A stretch of 63,780 nt of DNA, counting the filler, from Ministeria vibrans ATCC 50519 (Eukaryota > Protista > Filasterea): assembly GCA_943704425.1 (NCBI GenBank). It is 7 parts of 7 records of this genome, joined end to end, with 100 filler letters (N's around TTAATTAATTAA, not from the genome) between each part and the next. Parts side by side here need not be neighbours in the genome. Positions count along the whole stretch, not along the records: positions 1 to 28,885 come from CALSCP010001103.1; 6 more parts are not named here. The stretch is one strand, 5' to 3'. The notes under the pieces were generated by a model that was given only the letters and a program-made list of their open reading frames with translations, did no database searches and was not told the origin of the DNA. The number at the start of each line of letters is the position of its first letter. Within the stretch, counting starts at the first letter, position 1. Shown here piece by piece: positions 14,301 to 24,093 of this stretch. A program made the translations under genes and the position numbers.

Positions 14301-17300
14301 AGGTCAGAATGGCACCATTTCCGTTGCCAAGGTACCCGTGTCCTTGCTTAATGCCGACGACACCCGTGGTAGCGACCTGAATTTGCTGTCGACACGCAGC
14401 GATCTGAATTTGCTGTCGACACGCAGCGACACGGTGGTGGACATGATGGTGCAGGGCCCGGGTGGGCTGGAGCGCGAGGACAGCAGTGTGACGCAGCGGA
14501 TGCTGCCGAGTGGTGGTCGTCAGCAGGCAGACCATCGTCGTCTGGTGACGCGCGAGCGCACCGACTGCGAATTGACTGTGAGTATTGCACTGTCATCGCA
14601 GGGACTCACCAAAGTGGTGACATTGGCGCCACGCTTCCTCCTGCGCAACCTTACGGGACGCACCATGCATGTGTGTGCAGCCGATGAGAAGTCCGCCAAG
14701 GGCTACAACGGCTGGCGCTTCCCGAGCGGCGCTAGCGAGCCTCTCTACACCAATATGCCGCTGCGTGTGCGCTACTCGGATACCGTGTGGACGCCGCCGA
14801 TTGTGGTCAATGTGCCTGCGAGCTTTTCGGCCAAGATGCGAGTGAAGCGGGAAGCGTTTGAGGTTGAGCAAAACCCCGCTGCTTCTGGTGGCGCGTCCAG
14901 TGCTGCTGGAGGTGGTGGTGCGCCCAAGCTCACGCGTGGCTCGAGCAGTCGCCGTCTCAAGGGCAAGGCCCCGCGCATTGGTAACATTGGCGAGGGTCGT
15001 GTGGTCGCAGTGGTGAGTGTGGAGGTGACCATGGACGGCGCGATGCTCATTGCGACGTTTCGACGCGACACGGGAGTTGAGCCGGTGCTCTTGGAGAACC
15101 GTTGTCGCAAGACGACCGTCTTTGTGACGCAGGCGGATGCGGAAAGACACGCCAATGCGCATGTGCACACCCTGGCGGCGCAACATGCGATGCCGTGGCT
15201 GCTTGACTCGCCGTGTGGCGAGCAGGGCATTTCGTGGTTTGTCGAGGGAACACGCATGCACCCACAGCGCGCGCCCTTGACAAGCTTTTTCATTGGCAAT
15301 TCGCATGGGGACGAGCAGCTGCATGCAGACGACGGCTCGACCATCTACGTGACGGTGTTTCCCGACGGCCCCAAATGCGTGGTGGTGTTCAGTGACGAGC
15401 CGAGTGTGCGCAATCGAATTGCGCGTCTGCTCTGCCAGACGTCGGACCAACAACGCGAACGACGCTCGACTGTTGCCAGTGAGATTGTGGCGACGCGCGC
15501 GTCGCTGCGCCTGGCCGGACTTGGCGTGAGCCTTGTCAGTGGTCTCGAAGAAATCGCCTATCTGCGCGTGAATCAGGTGGCCCTGCTGGCGACGCTCAGT
15601 GACAAGATGCAGCGACTGGCGCTCTCGGTGGACCGCATTCAGTTGGACAATCAACTGCGCAATGCGACATTTCCCGTGGCGTTTGCACCTGCGCCAGTGC
15701 CGTCGACGGCGACCGAGGCGGCGAAGCGTGTCAAATTTATTCAATTGATGGTGGTGAAGAGTGTGAGCGAGGCGAGCGACGCCTTCCCCATCGATGTGTA
15801 CCGGTACTTCTCGCTGATTCTGCAGCGGATGGAGGTCAAGCTGGACGACGTGCTGCTCATGCGACTACTTGGTTTTGTGGCAGTGGCGAGCACAGGTGCC
15901 GAGGAGGTGTCGCTGTCGGATGCGATTGCGACGGAGATGCGTGAGCTTGCGCAGCCCACCGATGTGAGTGCGAGTGTGGACACGACGGGCCGCCGTCTGT
16001 ACTTTGATATGTTCCAGTTGCACCCGATTGCCGTAAACATTAGTTTTACATTGAGTGGTGTGCAAGAGGACGACAGCAAAACAGCCGAAGGAGGCGCAGC
16101 GGGTGAGGGTGATGAGGATGGGGCGATGGCGGGGGTGGGAGGAGGAGGGGGTGTGAGCGGGGGTGGTGGGCAGGAGGAGTCTGCTGCACTGGTGCCGTTG
16201 CGTGTGCTACTGTCGGGAGTGGGTGGCTCGCTGACGAACATCCACGGGGCGCCGGTACACTTGAATGCGCTGTTGCTGGAGCGAGTTCTAGAGACGCAGC
16301 CGTCGTTGGTGTCCAAGGTGGTGGCGCACTACACGGAGCGGGTGCTTAAGGAGGTGTATAAGATTTTGGGGTCGGTGGACCTGCTAGGCAATCCGGTTGG
16401 GATTGCGATGAGTCTAGGCACGGGCGTGTCGGATCTGTTCTACGAGCCGTACAATGCAGTGATGGCGAACCCGCTGGACATTGGGGCGGGTCTGGCGCGA
16501 GGTGGGAAGAGTCTGGTGAGCAACACGGTGGGCGGAGTGACCGAGTCACTGTCGCGTGTAACGGGCAGTTTGAGCAAAGGAGTTGCTGTGCTCACGATGG
16601 ACTCCAAGTTTCAGCAGAAGCGAGGGCGCGAATTGGGGGCGACGACACACACACTGAAAGAGGGGGTGGCGCGAGGAGGCAAGCGGCTGGTGCACGGGTT
16701 TGCCGATGGGCTGACGGGGATCTTTATGAAGCCGCTGGAGGGCGCGCAAGAGAGCGGCGCGACAGGCTTCTTCAGCGGCATTGGCAAAGGGCTTGTGGGC
16801 GTTGTGGCCAAGCCCATTGGCGGCATTCTGGACTTGGCGTCGGGTACTTTTCAAGGGGTGGCGAGTTTGATGCGCGAGACGGGCGAGAACGCGCGGATCC
16901 GACCGCCGCGACACATTGTGAATGCTGGCGGGGCTAGCAACAGTGCCAGTGGCGTTGTGCGGGGGTATTCGCTGCACGAGGCTATTGGGGCGATGTTGCT
17001 GCATCAGATGGATGCGTATGAGCACGATGAGTATGTCGCGCATCTCGAGCTCAGTCCGGACAAGGATCCCAAGGCGAAGACGAAGAAGAAGCGCAGCAAC
17101 AAGTCGGTGACGGCACTGGACTCGGCGATGGCCGCCGCGATGAAGAAGAGGAAGGGAAAGACGCTGTGGGTGTACTTTACAATGCGACGCGTTCTTGTGC
17201 TTGACGCGGAGAAGCGCTCGCACATGGTGGTGGAGACGGACGTGCCGTTGGCGCATGTGCTGGACTCGTCGATTGTTGATGGTGGTGTGGCCATTCAGCT

Positions 17301-17439
17301 CAAACAGCCGGAGGAGATGGTGTCGTCTGGTAGTGGCGCAAGTGGTGTGCGTTCCAAGGGAAGCAAAAAGAGTCAGCTCAAGGAGACAGTCGTGTTGTTG
17401 CCCTGTGAAAGTACGCCCTATCAAGTGTTTTTTTATGTA

Positions 17440-17470
<31 letters not shown>

Positions 17471-17510
17471 TGCGTGTGTGTATGTGTATGTATGGATGTA
17501 TGCATGTGTA

Positions 17511-17553
<43 letters not shown>

Positions 17554-17646
17554 ACTCTTTGTTGGTTCTTTTCTGTAGATGAGATTGTGGGTGCTTGGTT
17601 GCAAGAAAAGTTGGAGGAGGCGAGGATGTATTTAGGGAATGTATAA
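5405..17646 (+). CDS. VPS13: VPS13 (A/C-like) bridge-like lipid transfer protein, 3 exons
   Basis: Chorein N-terminus MFESVVTGLLNKYLSKYVADLD...IPWKDL. Exons 5405-5686, 5977-17410 and 17579-17646. VAB-type repeats (WEPLIEP, YVPFWIANRTSLPL), C-terminal LGSVDLLGNPVG and ATG_C-like GFFSGIGKGLVGVVAKP. Confidence 0.95.
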
Positions 17647-17868
17647 ACACAGCTGTATCGTACTGTAGAAAATCTATAGTAATAATAATAATAATAGGAA
17701 AATAAATAGAGAATCGAGAGCTGTACTCAATGTCAAAACAAGACAATAATTATACAAAACAAAGAGCAGCCCAATACTTCCGCCGTAGACTTCAAGACGA
17801 GAATATCCCGAAAGAACCCCAGAGACCCACTGATACATAATAATAAGAATAATGATAATAATAATAAG

Positions 17869-17899
<31 letters not shown>

Positions 17900-17915
17900 A
17901 TAATAATAATAATAA

Positions 17916-17949
<34 letters not shown>

Positions 17950-17996
17950 TATTATTCAATATTATTACTGTCTCATTCACACACTCAACCACCGAA

Positions 17997-20900
17997 ATGG
18001 ACAGCACTGCGGCGCTGGTGACTGTGGCTGCGGCACTCCCAGTGCTTCTGCTACTCTGGGCTGCTCTTCGACGGCGCCCTCGGCGTGCGCTGTCGTCCCG
18101 AGCAGCGCCTAAGCAGCGCTGGTCGATTTCGCCGCTTGTCATCGAGTCAAAAGAGTCGTCGCATCGCATTTCTCGTGCGCTTCTGCAGCGGGCGCAGACG
18201 TGTGCCTCGCGCGGGCGCTATTGGCAACGAGCAACGGTTGTGTCGCGAGCGGTAGACGCTGAACTTCGCGAGTTGATGCGTCTGATTTTGCGTGACTACT
18301 TTCATCGCGCCTGGCTCGACGATCTTGCCGTGCACACGGACGAGTTTGACGGCCACGTTCAGGTGGCCATGTGGGCACTCGTTGGGTCGCTCGGCGCGCG
18401 CCTGGGCAACGTGGATATCGTGCGCTTCCTGGGACTTGACGTGGTGTCGCACACTGTTGCGCATATGCGTGCCGTCCGCCGGCGCAACGAGGAGGGCACC
18501 CCCTTTCCCTTCCACCACTGTGTCGTGGACCGTCAGCTGGAGCGTCGCCACGTCCGGCTGCTCTCCGAGTCGTTGATTTTCGCTCTTGTGCCTGCGCCGC
18601 TCATCCTCTCAACACCCGTCCGCGCTCTCCTTGTCGATCTGCTCGCCAACAGCGTCATTCTCCCCGTGGTCGACAGCCTCTGCGACCCCCACCGAGTCAA
18701 CCAGATGATCTTACAGCACCTCCAGCCGGCTAAGAACACAGCGGCGGCCGCAGCTGCTGCTGCTGCCGCAGCCGCAAGCAATCCGGCCGACACACCCGAG
18801 ATGAGCAGCTCGACGGCTGGCGCTGAAAACTACGAGCAATTCCTACGACTCATTACGACAACGAGCGACGTTGAAGAACTCAAACAACTGCGCTACCAGA
18901 TCATAGCTGAAATCATGCAAGCGTCGCTCGTCGACAAAATTCAATCGTCGTCTGCGACCGTCGCCAGCCCAACGACAAACGGTAAGCGCAACAGCCAACA
19001 GTGCGGAGTTTTTTGAGTTCAATTGAGCACGTAGAGACCGGTGTGTTTACGTTTCTGAACCTGCGCGGGGCACGACTGAGCCAGCTCAAGGCACGCAACA
19101 TTCCACGGTACATGAACCAACTGCGCTTCACCAAGACACAGTGTGAGAAGCGCATTCGGGTGTTGGGGGGTCCAGACTACACAGTACGAATTTATCATAG
19201 ACTGAGAGATGATGATGAGTGAAGCGATTTGATTGAGTGGGTGTGTGTAGTGTGTGTGTGTGTGTGTGTGTGTGTGATTTTCATACTAAATTCCTTTACG
19301 CTTTTTTTTGTCTTTCCTCAGCCGAGTCGAGGGAATAACAACAGTAGCGACGGGACAGTTGGCACGAGTGTAACGCACCAACATGTGCTACAATTGGCTG
19401 AGATAGTTCACCATCCGCGGGCACTGACGTATTTTGCGGCGTTTGTGGCGCGCGATGGAGCTCAGCCACTGTTGACTCTGTGGCGCGCGTGTGACGCAGT
19501 GCGGAGGGTCTCTGCCGATGCCACTGTGGCGATGATTAGAGCGGTATGTGACTTCGTATTTGTGTTGCGATCTCTTCTCTTTGTGTTGGTCGGTGTGCGT
19601 GTGTGTGTGTGTGTGTTAATTTTTTTTGTGTGTGTAGGACACTAAGACTATTTATGACCGTTTTTTGGCAAATGACACTGAATATTTAACTGTCATTCCT
19701 CAGTCTATTCGGTAAGAAAAAATTGAAGAGACGCAAAAAAAACAGTCAAAAGAGATAATGTGTGCAAGTGAGTGAGAGTGCGAGGCTCACACACACACAT
19801 ACATACATACGTACATACGTACATACACACACACACACCGCTTATATTCAACAAGCTTCTATACTCTCTCTCTCACACACACACACACAATGCAATTAAT
19901 ATTGGGGGCTGTTTCAGGCACGGACTGAGTGAATTTGCCAATGAGGAAGAGTTACGAGCAGGAGAGCGCGAGAGCGACGTGAAGCGGCGGGCCAAGGATT
20001 TGTTTGCACGGGCTCAGGCTTATGTGTTCCGCCATTTGGAGACGGAGTATTACCAGCGGTTTGTGTTGAGCGATGCGTACTTTGCGTTTGTGTGTGAGGA
20101 AGAGAAGCGCAGTGAGATGGAACGGGAGAAGAGTAGTAAGAGTGCAGTCAAAGAGGAGGAAGAAGAAGAAGACGCAGAAGAAGTGAAGACGCAGGAGAGA
20201 GAGCGACAAGTGAGCGCAACGAGTGTTTCAACAGCAGAAGAGGAAGAAGAGGAGGACGAGGACGAAGTGGAAGGAAGAGACGAAAAGGAAGGAGGAGAAG
20301 GGGATAATGTGTCGGTGGTGTCTGTGACGGGTGTGTCGAGCCGGATGCAGGAGATATCAGATATTCTTGAGACCAAACAGACTGAACTGTATCAGGTGAG
20401 ACATTCACATTGACGCATTTTCTCCTCTGTATTTATTCACATTGACGCATTCTCTCCCTCTATTTATTCACATTGATGCATTTTCTCCTCTCTATTTATT
20501 CACATTGATGCATTTTCTCCTCTCTATTTTGGTTCTTTCCTCTCTTTCTATCACCTGTTTCTTCCTTCCTTCTTTCTCTCCCTCACTTTGTTTCGTTTTT
20601 TCTTCCTTCTTTTTTTCGTCTATCACCTTCTTTCATTCGTTTTCTCTCTTTTACCTTGATGCTTGATGTGTGCGCTTTTAGCTGCAAATGGCCATTGCCG
20701 ACTACTTCCATGCACCGCCTGAGCTTACACAGGCGATTCGGGTACTGGAGAGTGGCATTGAGCAACTAAAGCAGGAGAAGCTAGAGTTGGCGCACCACGC
20801 AGAGATTACGGAACAGTGGTGGAGTGGTGTGGACCGTGTGCGGACCTTTGTTCACTCGGTGGATTGGGTGGGTGAGCCCAATACGTCTCAGGTACTAATG

Positions 20901-22169
20901 GCATCTGTCTTCAATCGCCTCTTAACTCTTTTCATTTCCCCTCGCTGTGTGTTGCTAGGTGGCTGTGTTTTCAATTATGGTATCAATGGAGGGCGCATCG
21001 GGTGCGGGTTGGGTTGTGTTGCGTCGCTATGCAGACTTTGTGGCACTACATGCGACACTGCGCGAGTACAGCAGTGAGTTGCGTCGACAGCGCTTGCCTA
21101 ATGCACCGCAGAAATCTAATGCGGAGCGTGTGAGAGTTGCGCTGGAGAAGTACCTGAGCGATAGTGTGTTGGCCGATGAGCAAGTGAGGGTCAGTGAGGA
21201 GGTGTACCTGTTTCTTACACCTCGAGTGGCTGCCGCACCGGGAAAGACCCAACCGCAGCAGCAACAGCAGCACGGAAAGAAGAGGAAAAAGGGTAAAGAA
21301 AGCCTCAAGCACGAGACACAAGAAGCAAGTGACGAGAGCAAAGGGTATGCGCGCTCACCGAGTGTGGTTGTGTCGTCTTTGCGTCGTGCATCGCTTCTTG
21401 ACGGAACGTCAAGCAACAGCGCCAACAATAGCAGTAGTAGTACAATGATGAGTGGTGCAAATGGGGCTGGTGCAACAACACAACAACACCATGAACACAC
21501 TGAGTTTGTCTACGACGATGGCGACGCAGTGGTTTTGACTGCAGATGATGAATTCTCTGGCGGCGATCAGCTCGAGCAGCTTGCGGAACCCCTCTTCAAA
21601 CTGGTTGCTGAGCTATTTGAGTTGCAGGGTGTCTTTCGCTGGCTGCGTCGCCAGCTTATCGTCTTTGTTCAGATTACTTTTGGCGGCACAATCAATCGGA
21701 ACATTATTGATTCCTGTCAGTGGTTTGGTACGATTAAGACTACACAATACTTATAGGTATGGACTCTGAGTAAATGTGTTTTATAGCTGCGACACCACAG
21801 CTGGTGTTCTATTTGCAGTCACTGCGGGGGCTGTTGGATCGAGGGGAGGAGGAGGAGGAGGAGGAGGAGGGAGGAGAAGAAGAGGAGGAGGAAGGGAGAA
21901 GGGATGAGAAACGGGAGAGTGGGGAGGATGAAGAGGGAGAGGAAAGGGAGATTGCTGAGCAGGCGCGAGTGCGGGTGGAGGCGCACAGTCGCCTGGTGGA
22001 AAACATTCCGGTGGTGTTGCAGTCGGTGCTGGGGCGGGAGAACACGCGGAAGGGGGCGGAGAAACTGTTTGATATGCTGCAAGATGAGATGCTTAATCGC
22101 CATCTTGTGTACTCGATGCTTGATTTGGTCTTGCTACATGTGGTGCCCGAGTTGGAGGACCAGCAGTGA
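17997..22169 (+). CDS. SNX25: Sorting nexin of the PXA-RGS-PX-Nexin_C class (SNX25-like), ~8 exons
   Basis: N-terminal TM; PXA (LILRDYFHRAW, LCDPHRVNQ); SNX25-like LKQLRYQIIAEIMQA and RYMNQLRFTKTQCEKRIRVLGGP; RGS (YYQRFVLSDAY); PX (WVVLRRYADFVALH); Nexin_C (LNRHLVYSMLDLVL...PEL). Confidence 0.85.
20402..20530. repeat. Intronic minisatellite, ~30-bp unit x4
   Basis: Tandem ATTCACATTGA(C/T)GCATT(T/C)TCTCCTCT...TATTT copies immediately after the donor at 20396. Confidence 0.85.
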
Positions 22170-22231
22170 GCGAATGTAAAAATAAAGGGGAGGGGGACAC
22201 AATGAGAAAGAAAGTTTTTTTTTTTTTTGTA

Positions 22232-23082
22232 TTACAAGACGTTGAGAGATATGACACCGAGACGACCAAAGTCAGCGGAGAAGAGAGCGGAGGTGGAAAT
22301 AGGATGGACTTGCGTGAGGACACCTGAGAGTATGTAGTCACCGGCCTGGAGGCCACGCGCCGCATTGACCATGCTGAGGTTGTTCGCGAGCCAGGTGAGA
22401 GATGTGAGAGGGTGACCCATTGCGTTGGCACCGTTGCCACTGTCAATCTGAGTGGCGTCGCGCGACAGCGTTACCGTGTCCGACGTGAGCCAGGAGTGTG
22501 CTTCGGAAGGTGTCCACGCATGCGCATCGCCCACCACAAGGCCTCCGTGGACACCATTGTCAGCAATGAAGCATAGCCCGGCAGTGCCGGCAGGCGCCAC
22601 TTGGCGAGCATCGACAAAGGCGGACGCGACTATCTCAAATGCGGCATGCACGGACGCAATGGCGGCCGACACCTCCGCTTCGCTGTAGGGCTCGGTGCGC
22701 GCTGGAAGCGCCGTCTTCATGCAAAACGCGTATTCAGGCTCGATCTTGAGTACGTTGAACTTGCTCAAGGTGACTTCGGCGGGGCTACAAGACGTGAGTG
22801 AGGCGAGTGAGACGGCAACACAACGCGAGACTCAAACCTGGCGTGAACTGCATCCGCCAAAATGTGCCCCGCAATGGGACAGGAGAGGGCAATAGAGTCC
22901 TGCGCCGCTTTGCTGCAAGCACCAATCTTGTAGCCAGCGACAGAAGCGCCGCTGTCGTCCACGAGTGCGCGCTGGGCTTCGTACGCCTGCGCGAGAGTCG
23001 TGACGGGCGAGACGTCGAGTGTCTCAATTGGCGTAAGTGTTCGGCGCGCACGGAGCAGCGCAGAGCCAAAGGAACGAGCCAT
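22232..23082 (-). CDS. 2-keto-4-pentenoate hydratase-like enzyme (FAA-hydrolase superfamily, MhpD/HpaH type), 2 exons
   Basis: Removing the 53-nt GT-AG intron 22785-22837 joins two ORFs in frame: AYEAQ...GYKIGACSKAAQ...KIEPEYAF...AFEIVAS...IADNGVHGGLVVG...GNGANAMGHPLTSLTWLANNL...LQAGDYILSG. Confidence 0.85.
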
Positions 23083-23489
23083 AGCGTGTGTTCGCCTTGG
23101 GGTGGAGTTGCTGCCGAGTGACGGAAGAGGAGAGAAGATTGAATAATGATTGATCATTTGATTCAATGTCAACTCAACATTCTCAACTCTCCCGCGTTAT
23201 AGCTTCGGTAACGGCGCACACCCAAGCTCCAGCGTGCGCACGGCAATACGGTATCGAGTGCTTCCATACTGCTTGACTAACGTGAAGGGCTGTTTGGATT
23301 TTGATTTGTTCTTCGAATGTGTTTACATATCAAATCGCATTTGCGTCTCATCATCGTACGATAAGCATGCGACGCGCGGGATGTCGATTCTTAAATGGGT
23401 GAGCCGCAGTGTGTGTTGGTGTGAAGAGAGGGCGTGAAAGGTGCTGGGAAGTGGGTGATCAGAGTGAGACTCGAGTGAGCCAGTGCGAG

Positions 23490-23855
23490 TCAGTGCTTCT
23501 CTTGCTCCTGCGACACAGGCGGAAGGGCCTTCTCGGTCTCCTTGCGCGCGTCCGGCTTGGGCTTGAACGGATCGCTCCACACGCGAAGCGCATGGGGCTG
23601 TAGTTCGCTTTGATTAAGTCCTTTGCGTCGCTGGAAAAAAAAGGACAAGAAAAAAAGTCACAGTGAGCCAACACACAAAATAACAATGAAACAACGCACG
23701 AAGCAGCATACCTCCTGTTGCAACTTGCGATAGGAGTCGCGGTAGATGTATGGGTAGACGCCGACAGCGAAGACAGCGACGAGAATGCCGCCAAGGAGAA
23801 TGTACACGGGCGTGCGGCTCTTCTGCGAGCGCAGGATGCGTGTCTCTCGGTCCAT
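23490..23855 (-). CDS. SMIM20: SMIM20 (MITRAC7) / phoenixin-precursor homolog, 2 exons
   Basis: Exons 23855-23712 and 23630-23490 give MDRETRILRSQKSRTPVYILLGGILVAVFAVGVYPYIYRDSYRKLQQE|RRKGLNQSELQPHALRVWSDPFKPKPD...EKH*. A single TM ending in YP is followed by the QP.-L-(K/R)VWSDPF hallmark. Confidence 0.85.
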
Positions 23856-24093
23856 CGCAGGGGGGGGGGGNNNNNNNNNNGGGGGGGGGGTAGCAATGGA
23901 AGATAATCAAATAATGATCAAGACTAAAATATTATTATTATAATATTATTCAATTGTCATCAGTTATTTCTCGCTCGCTATGTGAACTCACAATAAAGGA
24001 TAAACATACGCTCACAGTAAACATACAACTACAATGTGGTTTTATTAAGATAGGTGAAAAGACAACAAACAAACAAAAATAACAGTATAATGA

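Noticed and set aside
13021-17604. Long antisense ORFs (504, 383 and 352 aa) opposite VPS13
   Set aside because: Shadow ORFs expected from GC-rich codon usage; no recognisable motifs.
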